Shown: in pieces, positions 49,549-60,300 of the stretch
Position numbering within the stretch: the first letter of the stretch is position 1
Layout: the number at the start of each line of letters is the position of its first letter
DNA from: Planctomycetota bacterium
Lineage (GTDB): Bacteria; Planctomycetota; MHYJ01; WSZJ01
Direction of reading: 5' to 3'
Assembly: GCA_038060895.1 (NCBI GenBank)
Contig: JBBTCT010000031.1
Coordinates: 127,145-191,144 of the forward strand
DNA length: 64,000 nt
Program-made: the position numbers and the translations under genes
The notes under the pieces: model-generated
What the model was told of the DNA's origin: nothing
Seen by the model: the letters and a program-made list of their open reading frames with translations, nothing else
Database searches by the model: none

Positions 49549-50406
49549 CTACAACCCCTCCGGAAACACGCGTCGCGGCTTCGCGACCTTGCCGTCCCCC
49601 TCGCCGACCGCCATCAGTTTACCGTCCCGCGTCATTCGCACGAGCCCCGTTCCCGTCCACCGCACCACCCGCCCGTGCGCCACCGCCTGCGCCTGCCCTT
49701 CCTCCAGCGCAAATTCCGGAAGGTGCGCCAGCGCCTCCGCCGGCGGACGCAGGCGCTTCACGTCGATCTCGCCCGGCTTGACCGCGTCCTCCACCTTGAA
49801 AGGGCCGACGCGCGTGCGCCGAAGCGCGCACAGGTGCGCTCCGCAGCCGAGCGCGCGGCCGGCTTCTTCCGCGAGGACGCGGACGTAGGTGCCGCTGGAG
49901 ACGTCCACGAAGAACTCGACCTCAGGAAGCGCGACGCGCACGACCTCCGCCTTCGACACCGTGATCGTCCGCTCCGGCCGTTCCACCGTCTTGCCCTTCC
50001 GCGCCAGCGTGTGCAGGCGCTTCCCTTTCACCTTCACCGCGCTCACCATCGGCGGCCGCTGGCGGCGCGTGCCGAGAAGCGCCTTGAAAGCCGCGGCGGC
50101 CTGGTCGGCGGTGCACGTCACCGCTCGCGTCGCGAGAATCTTTCCGGTCGCGTCGAGCGAGTCCGTCTCCACTCCGAGTTTCGCGGTGCCGAGGTACCCC
50201 TTGTCCCACTCGAGGAACTGGAGGATCGCAGTCGCCCGCCCGATCGCCAGCACCAGCAGCCCCGTCGCCATCGGGTCCAGCGTCCCCGTGTGCCCGATCT
50301 CCATGGTCTTCAGCCGCGTCCGCGCGTCTTCGACGACGTCATGCGACGTCGGCCCGGCGGGCTTGTCGACGAGGAGGAATCCGGTGGGAGAAGGGGCGTC
50401 GGGCAT
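49549..50406 (-). CDS. truB: tRNA pseudouridine(55) synthase
   Basis: DKPAGPTSHD, GHTGTLDPMATG, SSGTYVR, LRRTRVG. Confidence 0.96.
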   Translation of the reverse strand: MPDAPSPTGFLLVDKPAGPTSHDVVEDARTRLKTMEIGHTGTLDPMATGLLVLAIGRATAILQFLEWDKGYLGTAKLGVETDSLDATGKILATRAVTCTADQAAAAFKALLGTRRQRPPMVSAVKVKGKRLHTLARKGKTVERPERTITVSKAEVVRVALPEVEFFVDVSSGTYVRVLAEEAGRALGCGAHLCALRRTRVGPFKVEDAVKPGEIDVKRLRPPAEALAHLPEFALEEGQAQAVAHGRVVRWTGTGLVRMTRDGKLMAVGEGDGKVAKPRRVFPEGL

Positions 50407-50514
50407 GGGCGCACAGGGTACGGGGGAAACGGCCGTTTCTCCACTCTCCGGAACATCGAACCCGTTACCGGTAAGATGGAACCCCGTTTCACAAACCCAA
50501 ACTCAGGAGCCCAC

Positions 50515-52050
50515 GTGCGCCTCCATCTCGCCGCCATCGCGTTGACTCTGCTTTCCTCTGCCGCATCTGCCGAGGACGAAACGCTCATCCTCGAGCGCCC
50601 GAATGACGTCACCGAAGCGGAGTGGAAAGAAACACTGCGCGCTTTCCGATCGAGCCGCGAAGCCCTGGCGCAGACACTCGTTGAGGCCGCGCGCAAGCTC
50701 CCGAAACCAGGAGCCGATCCGGTTCGCGCACTCCGTCCCCGCTTTCGCGTGCGCGACGCCATGGACCTGGGCGCTTCCAGGCTCATCGACCGCCTCGTGC
50801 CGGCGACCGCTTCCGCGCTCAACGATCCCGGCGTCGAAGCGCTCGTCTCGCCGCGGCTGTCGGGGCGCGTCGTGCGCGTCGGCGCCGGCGGCGACTTCGC
50901 GTCTCTGACCGAAGCGCTGGCGACCGTCAAGGCGGGCGACGTCATCCGGCTCGCAGCCGGCGATCACGTCGTCGCCGACGACGAGCACGGCAGACCCCCG
51001 ACTCTTCCGTGGGACATCTGGATTGCCGGCGAAGGCGCCGACAAGACCTCGCTGCGGATTTTCGTGAACAGCGCGTACCGCGTGCGGTTCTCCGGCTTGA
51101 AGCTGCTTGGGACGGCGGACGAGATCTTCAGCCTGAACGACACGACGTACCTTCACCTCAAGGATTGCGTCCTGCGGGAATTCAACTCGCGCAAGAGCGA
51201 ATTCACGGCCATTCACATGGAGAGCGGCCTTCTGCTCGTCGACGACTGCGAATTCAACGGTCTGGACTCGGCGGAAGGCGTCGAAGAAGAGGACCGCATG
51301 GGAACCGGCGGCACGGCGATTGACGCGGCCCCCGGGTCCGTCGTCGTCGTGCGGCGGACGCGCTTCGTCGATTGCGCCACCGCGATGTTCCTGGACGGAG
51401 TCGGCGCCGTGGACGGGTGCGTGGGCGAAACGACGTGCGATTCCACGCTTCACGTGGCCACGCGCCGCGAAAGCCGCGCCTACTTCAGGAATTGCCGCGG
51501 CCTGTACACCGAAGAATCCGAAGGGCTCTTCCCGATGCCGTGCGCCGGCTCCGACTTCGACGTTGCGCGCGCCGCCACGGAGGGCAAGTTCGCCGACGGG
51601 CTTCTCGAGACGCTCGCCGCGGACCGCAACCTCTCCTATTGGCTCGGGCTGACGCGCCACGCGGACAAGGGGATCCGTGAAGCGGCTGCGAAGCGCTGGT
51701 CCGCGCTCACGCAGGGCATCGCGGATCCGCCCGCGCCGAAACCGGCGCCCGCACCGGAGGCTCTCGACCAGGCCATCGCGGCGCTGGATGCCGAAGACGC
51801 CGCGGCCCGCGAAAAGGCCGCCGCCGTCCTGGGCGACGCCGGCGAAGCCGCCCGCGACCGCCTCAAGGCCGCCGCCGCCAAAGGGTCTCCCGAGGGCCGC
51901 GCGCGCGCCACTTTCCTCCTCGCCGACCTCGACCGCCTCGCTTCCCTGGGAGGCGAGCTCGACTTCGCAAAACGCGCCGTTTTGTTCGACGAGGACGCCC
52001 CGGAACTGGAATGGAACTCCGAGCGGAAGGCGTACGACCTGAAGAAGTGA
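50515..52050 (+). CDS. Exported beta-helix protein with a HEAT-like tail
   Basis: AGGAG RBS plus GTG; signal peptide; GDFASLTEAL..GDVIRL beta-helix start; DAAAREKAAAVL. Confidence 0.6.
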   Translation: MRLHLAAIALTLLSSAASAEDETLILERPNDVTEAEWKETLRAFRSSREALAQTLVEAARKLPKPGADPVRALRPRFRVRDAMDLGASRLIDRLVPATASALNDPGVEALVSPRLSGRVVRVGAGGDFASLTEALATVKAGDVIRLAAGDHVVADDEHGRPPTLPWDIWIAGEGADKTSLRIFVNSAYRVRFSGLKLLGTADEIFSLNDTTYLHLKDCVLREFNSRKSEFTAIHMESGLLLVDDCEFNGLDSAEGVEEEDRMGTGGTAIDAAPGSVVVVRRTRFVDCATAMFLDGVGAVDGCVGETTCDSTLHVATRRESRAYFRNCRGLYTEESEGLFPMPCAGSDFDVARAATEGKFADGLLETLAADRNLSYWLGLTRHADKGIREAAAKRWSALTQGIADPPAPKPAPAPEALDQAIAALDAEDAAAREKAAAVLGDAGEAARDRLKAAAAKGSPEGRARATFLLADLDRLASLGGELDFAKRAVLFDEDAPELEWNSERKAYDLKK

Positions 52051-52156
52051 GAGCGCGCGATAAAAGCGAGCGCCGCCGCAGGATTCCGCGTGCGCACCTT
52101 TCCAAAGGTCACCTGCCGAATTCTTCGCGCGCTCTGACGTCGGCTACCATACAGGG

Positions 52157-53020
52157 ATGCCGTCCCGATCCGCACCGCTGCGCAACAGGCTCCCGTGGAC
52201 CCGCCTCAAGATGGCCGCGGCAAAGGTGGCTTACCGCGTGATGCGGCCGGTTCTCGGAAAGAAACCGCGCATCATCGAGCGCGGCGGAATCCGGTACCGC
52301 GTGGACCTCTCGGAAGCCATCGACTTCGCGCTGTATGTTTCCGGGCATTTCCAGGACCACGTCACGAACGCCGGCCTCAAGGCCATCCCACCCGATGCCG
52401 TCGTGTTCGACGTCGGCGCCAACCTCGGAAGCATGGCCCTGGCCTTCGCGAAACGATTTCCGCGCGGCAAGGTCGTGGCCTTCGAACCGACTCACCCGGG
52501 ATTCGCGCGTCTCCGCGAAAACCTCGAGCTGAACCCCGACCTCGCGAAACGCGTCACCGCCGTGCAGACCTTCGTGTCCGACCAGTCGGGCACAACCCAC
52601 GGTCTCTCCGCGTGCTCCAGCTGGAAACTCGACGGCACCGGCGCCGCACCGCACCCGCTTCATGGGGGAAGCCTCGGCGCCGTCGAAGGAGTCCCCGCCG
52701 TGTCGCTGGACGACTACTGCCGCGACGAGGGCGTGAAGCGGCTCGACCTTCTCAAGATCGACACCGACGGCCACGAGCTGGCGGTGCTTCGCGGCGCGCG
52801 CGGAATCCTTAAGCGGCTGCGCCCCGCGATCATCTTCGAAATCGGGCTCTACCTTCTCGAGGAGCGCGGCGTCCGCGTGGACGACTACTTCGACCTCCTC
52901 GAGCCGCTCGGGTATCGCCTCGTGAGCTGCAAGTCCGGGCGCGACGTCACGCGCGAAACCGCTTCCCGCGAGATTCCCACCCGCTCGACGACCGACCTGC
53001 TCGCGCTCGCGCCGCGATAA
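52157..53020 (+). CDS. FkbM-family methyltransferase
   Basis: FDVGANLG, AFEP, LKIDTDGHE. Confidence 0.88.
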   Translation: MPSRSAPLRNRLPWTRLKMAAAKVAYRVMRPVLGKKPRIIERGGIRYRVDLSEAIDFALYVSGHFQDHVTNAGLKAIPPDAVVFDVGANLGSMALAFAKRFPRGKVVAFEPTHPGFARLRENLELNPDLAKRVTAVQTFVSDQSGTTHGLSACSSWKLDGTGAAPHPLHGGSLGAVEGVPAVSLDDYCRDEGVKRLDLLKIDTDGHELAVLRGARGILKRLRPAIIFEIGLYLLEERGVRVDDYFDLLEPLGYRLVSCKSGRDVTRETASREIPTRSTTDLLALAPR

Positions 53021-53142
53021 TTCCGGCTTCGATCGAACCGGCGCCCCCCCGCTCCGTTAGCAGGGACCTCGCGGGAGTGGAAGCGGCGGTCTGAACCTGA
53101 AATGACCGCCGCTTCCCCTGACGCCTTGCAGGGGAGCTGACC

Positions 53143-54837
53143 ATGAAATCGCAGCAGTCGATGGAGCCCGTGTACGGTGACGCGGACCAGCAGGGCGCGC
53201 CGATGGAGGCTGAAGGGGGCGCGGTTTCGATCACTTCGTGGGTCGAAGAGCAGGTCCGCAACACGCCGTGGTGGCTCATCTCGATCGCCTTCCATCTGAT
53301 CGTGCTGGCCGGCATGACGGTCATCACGTTCGACGAGAAGGTGACGGTCCACGAGGAGCCGACGATCATTCCGCTCGCGGCGAAGGTCGAGAAGAAGCTC
53401 GATCTGGACCGGCCTCGCGACGTTTTCGATCGCGGAGGCATCCCGAAACCCGAGGCGGGGCCGCCCTCGGAAGAGCCCGCAATCTTCTTTCCGGAGGCCG
53501 AGGAGTCCGACCACCACGAAACGGCGGACAACGAAGACTACGGGAAGATGAAGGGTGACTCGCTGGAGTATCTCTCTTCGCTGCCCGGTGAAGGCGGCGG
53601 GCCGCGTGGCCGGCAACCTGGCAAACAGATGGGCGCCTACGACACGATGGGCACGGGCGGCGGCGCCGGCGGCGGCGGCAAGTACGGCGGACGCCTCGGT
53701 GGGCGCAGGAATCTCGTGGCGCGCGGCGGCGGCACGCAAGGCCCCGGCGGCACGGAATCCGCGGTGACGGCCGGCCTTCGCTGGATCGCCCGCCATCAGT
53801 CCCCGGGCGGCAACTGGGCGACGGCTGGTTTCGACGCGCAGTGCGCCAATGCGAAGTGCTCCGGGCACGGCTACAACGAGTACGACGCGGGCAACACGGG
53901 TCTGGCCCTTCTCGCGTTCCTCGGCGCCGGCTACACGCACCTCACGAAGGAAACGTACATCGATCCTCACACTCAGAAGACGATCTGCTGGGGCGAAGTC
54001 ATCAAGAACGGGATCAAGTGGCTCATGAACAACCAGGACGCGGAAGGCTGCTTCGGCGGCCGCCACGGATCCAAGTACATGTACAACCACTCGATCGCCG
54101 CACTGGCCATGGCCGAGGCTTACGGCCTGACCAACAGCAGCCTCTTCAAGGACCCGGCCCAGCGCGGAATTGATTTCCTCCTTCAGGCGCAGAACCCGTA
54201 CAAGGCGTGGCGCTACAGCAAGCAGTGCACCGACAACGACACGTCCGTCACCGGGTGGTGCGTGATGGCCCTCAAGTCCGCCGAGATCTCCGGCCTGGCG
54301 GTCGGCAGGACGGGCTTCGAAGGCGCAAAGGCGTGGATCATGGAAGTCACCGACGAGGCGTACTACAAGGTCGGCTACACCGCCAAGGGCACGGGCAAGG
54401 TCGTCGTCCAGGGCAAGAACGACGACTGGGACGGCCACGAAGCCCTGACTGCCGTCGGCATGCTCTGCCGCTCCTTCATCGACCACAACAAGGCCGACCC
54501 GGCCCTCGAAGGCGGCGCCAAGCTCCTCGTCGCCGACCTCCCGCAGTACAGCGGCAAGAAGATCGACTACTACTACTGGTACTACGGCTCGCTGGCGCTC
54601 TTCCAGTACGACGGCCCGGACGGCAAATACTGGAAGGGCTGGAACGAAGCGATGAAGAACGCCCTCGTGCCGACGCAGAAGCTGAGGAAAGACGGCTGCA
54701 TCGACGGCTCGTGGGACTCGGACGTTGACCGTTGGGGCTTCGAAGGAGGCCGGGTGTACACGACGGCGATCAATGTGCTCTCGCTCGAGGTGTACTACCG
54801 GTATGAGAACGCGTTCGTGGGCGGGAAGAGGAAGTAG
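53143..54837 (+). CDS. Prenyltransferase/squalene-cyclase repeat protein, membrane-anchored
   Basis: TM, Gly-rich linker, repeats WIARHQSPGG, NQDAEGCF, DYYYWYYG, GSWD. Confidence 0.8.
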   Translation: MKSQQSMEPVYGDADQQGAPMEAEGGAVSITSWVEEQVRNTPWWLISIAFHLIVLAGMTVITFDEKVTVHEEPTIIPLAAKVEKKLDLDRPRDVFDRGGIPKPEAGPPSEEPAIFFPEAEESDHHETADNEDYGKMKGDSLEYLSSLPGEGGGPRGRQPGKQMGAYDTMGTGGGAGGGGKYGGRLGGRRNLVARGGGTQGPGGTESAVTAGLRWIARHQSPGGNWATAGFDAQCANAKCSGHGYNEYDAGNTGLALLAFLGAGYTHLTKETYIDPHTQKTICWGEVIKNGIKWLMNNQDAEGCFGGRHGSKYMYNHSIAALAMAEAYGLTNSSLFKDPAQRGIDFLLQAQNPYKAWRYSKQCTDNDTSVTGWCVMALKSAEISGLAVGRTGFEGAKAWIMEVTDEAYYKVGYTAKGTGKVVVQGKNDDWDGHEALTAVGMLCRSFIDHNKADPALEGGAKLLVADLPQYSGKKIDYYYWYYGSLALFQYDGPDGKYWKGWNEAMKNALVPTQKLRKDGCIDGSWDSDVDRWGFEGGRVYTTAINVLSLEVYYRYENAFVGGKRK

Positions 54838-54889
54838 GACCCTTCGACTCGCTTCGCTCGCTCAGGGCGGGCGGGGAAGAAACCAGGTG

Positions 54890-54921
54890 CAGGGGGCTCC
54901 GGAAACGGAGCCCCCTGTTTT
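54890..54921 (+). terminator. Rho-independent terminator
   Basis: CAGGGGGCTCCG-GAAA-CGGAGCCCCCTG-TTTT. Confidence 0.85.
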
Positions 54922-55057
54922 GCTATTGGCCTCCCTGCTTCACTGCCCGAACGCGGCCCGGAGCCCGAAGAAGGCCCCGACGCCGACCGACAGGATCGCG
55001 GCCTGCGAAGTGACCCCGAGCAACCCACGGGCTCGAGCGAACCACGCCCGGTCGAAG

Positions 55058-55768
55058 CTACCTCTTTCCGGACAGCACCTTCATCACGGCCTCTCTATAC
55101 TCGGAGTCCTTTTCTTTGAGCTCGAGACGCCTCGTTGGAAGATCGAAATTGAGATATAGCTCAAAATAGAGGGATTCATCGCCGCTTGTGTGGAAGAGCT
55201 TGGTGGACATCGTTGCGGACTCAGGATGCGCCGGGTCACCGCTCAGGACCACACGAGAGAACTGGCACGATGTGGACATTGCCTCTGGAGAGAGTCCTGT
55301 TCCGAACAGCTTGTCGAGGACCTTTACGAATTCATCACTGGATGCTCCGGATCGGCGAATTTCGACGACTCTCCTCGCGGTCGAACCATACAGAATCTCG
55401 AACTCCATCTCCCGTCCATCGTGAAGGCCTTTCGCGCGGAACACGCAGGTCCCGTCAGACTCCCGGCGGTGATCGGCTATGAAAAAAACGAGGTCAACGA
55501 ACCCCTCCTCGCTTTCCGACATGATTTCGGGCGCTGCCGTAAACGCTGTCTTCCTGCGGCCGGGATCCGGTTCAGTTTGACCTGAGCTGGATGCGGGACC
55601 TGTCGAGGAAGAGCTCACCCGGGTCGGGCCGTTCCCCAACCCATCAGGCGACTTCTTTCCGCAACCTACCGCAAGCAGCGCGACTATCGCAAACCCAGCG
55701 GCCTGGGCGCGGCGTCCTGCCGTTCGATGAAACGACCGCTCCACGAAAGGCAATCCTAGATCCGGCAA
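55058..55768 (-). CDS. Hypothetical lipoprotein (lower GC)
   Basis: LLAVGC lipobox; GC visibly lower than neighbours. Confidence 0.55.
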   Translation of the reverse strand: MPDLGLPFVERSFHRTAGRRAQAAGFAIVALLAVGCGKKSPDGLGNGPTRVSSSSTGPASSSGQTEPDPGRRKTAFTAAPEIMSESEEGFVDLVFFIADHRRESDGTCVFRAKGLHDGREMEFEILYGSTARRVVEIRRSGASSDEFVKVLDKLFGTGLSPEAMSTSCQFSRVVLSGDPAHPESATMSTKLFHTSGDESLYFELYLNFDLPTRRLELKEKDSEYREAVMKVLSGKR

Positions 55769-55820
55769 TGGCAGCTGATCAAGCGCGCTGACTCATGCCG
55801 GCCCGCGCGAAAAGGCAAGT

Positions 55821-56261
55821 TCACCCATTCGATCCCATTGTCCGGTCATTGGGTTCTCTTCCTTTCAGCCACGACTCCAGAATCACCTGCGCCGCGACCG
55901 TGTTTGTGTGCGCCCGTTTCGCGCCTTTCGACATCTTGAATCCCTTCAGCCGGTCCGCGGCCTCCACGCTCGACAGTCGCTCGTCCCAGTACTCCAGCGG
56001 TACAGCGATGCGCACCGCAAGCGCGTCGCCGAACTCGCGCGCGATCTTTGCCCGCGGGCCTTCGCTTCCGTCCATGTTGAGCGGGAGGCCGACGACCACG
56101 AACTCCGCGTTTTTCTCCGCGACCAGCTCGGCGAGTGTGTCCAGGTCGTCGTCCCATTCGCGGCGTTCCAGAAGCGGCAACCCGAGCACCATCCCGCCCG
56201 GACCGCTGATCGCGAGGCCGACCCGCTTGTCGCCGGTGTCGATGCACAGGGCGCGGATCAC
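55821..56261 (-). CDS. ruvX: YqgF/RuvX nuclease
   Basis: IDTGDKRVGLAIS, VGLPLNMDG, WDERLSS. Confidence 0.9.
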   Translation of the reverse strand: MIRALCIDTGDKRVGLAISGPGGMVLGLPLLERREWDDDLDTLAELVAEKNAEFVVVGLPLNMDGSEGPRAKIAREFGDALAVRIAVPLEYWDERLSSVEAADRLKGFKMSKGAKRAHTNTVAAQVILESWLKGREPNDRTMGSNG

Positions 56262-57316
56262 AGGAGCTTCGCGCGCTTCTGCGCCTCCAGGAGGTCGACG
56301 AGCTTCTTCACGTCCTGCGCGCTGTCGCGCCGGCAGACAAGCGTCGCGTCCCTCGTGCGGACGATGACGAGGCCGGTGACTCCGACGGCGGCGACGAGGT
56401 GGCCGTCGGTGAGGACGGTGCAGTCCGTCGACTCGACCGCGAGGAAGTCGCCGAGCGACGAATTCCCCGCGGCGTCGCGCGGCAGGTACGGCCCGACTGA
56501 GGCCCAGCTCCCCACGTCGTCCCACCCCCACGCCGCTTCGAGCATCCGCACGTCCGGCGCCTTCTCCATCACCGCGTAGTCGATCGAGATCTTCTCGATC
56601 CGCGGGAACTCGCGCGCGAGCACCGCGGGGCCGCCACGGCGGATTCTCTCAAGGGAGGCGCCGATCGCCGGCCTGCTGCGCGCGATCGCGGCGAGGATGT
56701 CCGCCGCGCGCCAGCAGAAGATGCCGGCGTTCCAGAGGAAGCGGCGCGAGGAGACGTAGCGTTTTGCAGTCGCGAGGTCTGGTTTCTCGACGAAGCGATG
56801 GACCTTGAAGACAGGAACACCGCGCGAAGCGCCGTCCCGCCGTCCGCGTTGGATGTACCCGTACCCGGTCGCCGGGTGGGTCGGTTTCACGCCGAACACG
56901 TACAGCCCCCCGTCGCGCCGTGCGGCCTCCGCGGCAGCGGCCATCGTCCGCCGGAACGCCGCCGCCGGCCGGATCACGTGGTCCGCGGGAAGAACGATCA
57001 TCACGGCGTCCGGGTCTCGCTTCGAGATCAGCGCCGCGCCCAGTCCGATCGCGGCCGTCGTGTCGCGGCCTTCGGGCTCCCCGACAATCTGCCGGGCGGG
57101 GACTCCGGGAAGTGCTTTTCGAATTGCGGCTACGGTCGACTTGTTCGTGAGGACGTGGACACGCGAAGGCGGGACAAGTCCGCGCAGCCGGTCGACCGTT
57201 TCCGCGATCATCGTCTTCTTCCCCGCGATCGCGAGGAGCTGTTTTGGCGTAGCCCGACGGGAGAGCGGCCAGAAGCGTTTGCCGGAGCCGCCGGCGAGGA
57301 CGAGAGCGTGGAGCAT
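56258..57316 (-). CDS. manC: Mannose-1-phosphate guanylyltransferase
   Basis: LAGGSGKRFWPLSR..PKQ, EPEGRDT, PADH, FVEKP, SIDYAVME, WDDVGSW. Confidence 0.92.
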   Translation of the reverse strand: MLHALVLAGGSGKRFWPLSRRATPKQLLAIAGKKTMIAETVDRLRGLVPPSRVHVLTNKSTVAAIRKALPGVPARQIVGEPEGRDTTAAIGLGAALISKRDPDAVMIVLPADHVIRPAAAFRRTMAAAAEAARRDGGLYVFGVKPTHPATGYGYIQRGRRDGASRGVPVFKVHRFVEKPDLATAKRYVSSRRFLWNAGIFCWRAADILAAIARSRPAIGASLERIRRGGPAVLAREFPRIEKISIDYAVMEKAPDVRMLEAAWGWDDVGSWASVGPYLPRDAAGNSSLGDFLAVESTDCTVLTDGHLVAAVGVTGLVIVRTRDATLVCRRDSAQDVKKLVDLLEAQKRAKLL

Positions 57317-57370
57317 CTGCTCGATGATAGCCGACCCGGAACGAAAGGAGACAGCCAACACCAGCCGAGA

Positions 57371-60300
57371 CTAGCGCGACGGAGCAACACTCGGCATGTA
57401 CTTACTGTTCAACGCATCGATCACCAGGTCCGTGCCTTTATCGGAGATCGGGTTGAAGTAGCTCGTGCCGGCGCCGAACAGGAACCGGACGCCCCACGTG
57501 TCCCCGAACAGGATGGTGGCGCCCTCCGTCATCTTGTCCTCCCACTTTCCGCCGACCCAGCCTGCTCCCCAGGCGCCGACGACGTTCTTCCAGTAGTCGT
57601 TCATGTCGCCTTTGATCTCGCAGAGCTTCCGGGCGTAGGCGCTGGACTTCTCCGCGTCAAAATCCCCCGCTTCGATCCCCTCCGCAACGAGGCCGAGCAT
57701 CACGGACGAGTAGCACCAGAGCTTCATCTGCTCGTCGAAGAAGTTGCACAAGGCGCTGAAGAGCGCGCTGTTGGGGCTGGCGATGCCGGAGAGCACGCCG
57801 CTTCCCAGCGCTCCGTACAGTTTGAGAACGCTTCGGATGCGCTTGAAGTCTGCGGCGATCTTCTCGACGGAGGCGCCCTTGGCGCGGGCCGGGCGGAGGA
57901 TTGTGCGGAGTTCGCCGGAGCGCGGGTAGAGCCACGCGGTTCCGGGGGGGCCCGGGGGTGTGATGGCGACGCACCAGCCCGCCGCAAACCAGTCCTCGAA
58001 TCCCGGCGGGACGCCCTCGCTCGAGAGGGCGGTCGAAAGCGACGGTGCCTGCAACATTTCGACATTCGCGCTCTTCCCGCCCAGGATCGCCGCTTCGACG
58101 GCGGGAAGTGTGAGCCCGAACAGGGCGTGCTGTGCTCCGGTGGCCGAGTCGGGCGGACCCAGGCAGCTCGCAAGGACGTCGAGCGTTTCGCGAAGGGCGG
58201 CGGCCTCGCCTCCCTCGCCGCGCACCTGGGACGTCTCGAGGAAGACGGCGGGGCCGGTCCACGCGAGCTTCAGGTCTTCCGGGAGCGAGGCGGCGAGCCC
58301 ATGGAAGAGGTCGTGCTGGAGCCGGCACGTGCGTGACGAAACTCCGCGAGCGGCGGCGAACTCCACCGGCTTGGGCCCGCCAGCCGCCCACAGCCGCGTG
58401 CGGATCGTTTCGATCAACTCGTCGACCTCGCGGGCCAGGCGGACGCGCGCGGTCGGCGGCGCGACGCTGAAGCCAATGCGGCGGTGCGAAATCAACTCCC
58501 ACCGATCGAAGCCGGGCGACAGGTCCTGCAGGGTCCGCTGGAAGCGGCGCGGCTTGTCCAGGCCGCCGCCCTGCATTTCGACGCGCAGCACGATCCGCGA
58601 CGTGGCCGCGCCCGCGGGCGCCGATTCGGCAGGGACCGTGACCTCGACCTCGAGCGGCTGCGCGTACCCGGCGACGATCACGGCCAGCTTCACGCGGTCC
58701 CCTGGCTTCGCGCCCGGCGGAGCTTCGAAGGACACGCCCAGCCCGCCGGAGAGGTCGTTGCCGATGGCCCCGAGAATTTCCACCAGGCTGTCGAGTTTCT
58801 GGACCTCGATGTAGGCGTTTTCGACCCTGCGGGCAAGGTCGCGCATCGCCACCGGGTCCGCGCCGCCGATCCCGACGGAGACGAGCGAGTGTCCGGCGTC
58901 CCGAACAGGCTTCGCCGCGGCCTGTCGTCCCTGCGCTCCGCTGTCGCTCGTATCCGCGCCGTCGGTCACCAGAAGGATGACGGAAGGCCGCGTGCAGCTG
59001 TTCGCAGCGCGATCCACCGCGTAGTAGATCCCCGTCCCGATCCCTTCGGATCCGACGCCGGCGATTTCCTGCAGCAGCGCCTCACGCTGGCCCTTGAGCG
59101 GCGCGATCGGCACACGCATCCGGCACCACGCAGCGCCCGAAAAGGTCATCAGCCCGACTTCCTGCTCCGGATTGAGCGCTTCGACGAGGCGGCGAAGCGC
59201 TTCCCGCGCGAGCACCATGCGCCGGCCACCGTCGTCCTCGGTCATGCTGCCGGAGACGTCGAGGAGGAGGAGAAGGGGGCGCGGGTCTGTCTGGGCGGAT
59301 TCGAGGCGCACGGGCAGGCGCGGGCCACCTGGCGGTCGGACGTTGATGTGTTCGTGGTGCCACGAAGGACGTTCCTTCGACGTGATGCCGAACTGGAGAC
59401 GGACGCGCGGCCAGCGTGAGGCATCGACGCCGCCGACGACGACGCGGTCAAGCGGCACGGGCGGCCTCGGGCGGCCGGCTTCCTGCGGGGCGAGGACCGC
59501 GCCGTCGCCGAGCAGCACGCGCCCGTCCTTCTGAGTCAGCACCGCGCCCGTCGCCGTGAACGCGCCTTTCCGGTCGACCGCCGGCCCGACCTGCAGGATC
59601 GTGTTCCAGAGACCGACCTGCGCAGGGCTCTCCAGCTTTGCCAGCCGGTCGGGGCTGCAAGTCCCCGGCAGGAACATCAGCGAGATCTCGTGCCCGATCG
59701 CGTCCGACGCCGCGCCCTGCCAGCGAGCCAGCGGCCGCACGCGCCCGCGCTCGTCCGCAGCTTCCACTTCTATCGCCAGCATTGCGGGCTGCGGCGTCCA
59801 GTCCTGCGTGACGCCCTCGGGCCGCTTGCGCCCCGGAAAAACCGGATCGAGATCTTCCCAGGCCGCGTCGGGCGCGCCCGCCAACCTCGCCTGGACCCAG
59901 ACCCAGGCGACTTCCGGGGCCGCCGGCTCCTGCAGGTAAGCGCCGTTGGGAGCAGAATCCATCCCCTCCACACCCAACTCCGTCAGCGCTTTCCGCATCT
60001 TCACGAGCGCGGCCGCCGCTTCGTCACGCCCCGCGCGCGCGGCCGCACCGCCGTCCGGCGCCGGCCGCCCCGACGGCGGACCAATCAGCGCCCGGATTTC
60101 ATTCAGTGCGGGAAAGTCGGGAAGTTTCGCTTCCACCGGCCGGGGCGCTTCGCCTTGCGGAAAATCCGCGCGCGCGAGCCGCGCGTCATAGCCCAATTCC
60201 CTTAGAAGCGCCCGCAGGAGCAGGGCCTTGTCCGTGGAATTGCCGATCCGGGTCCGGAGTGTCCCCTCCGCCCCGCCCCACGCTCCGCGGTATCCGACGT

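Noticed and set aside
48226-50514. N-terminal part of the 1274-aa ORF
   Set aside because: Antisense to the globin, STAS-like and truB genes; the real gene starts at GTG 50515 with an RBS and signal peptide
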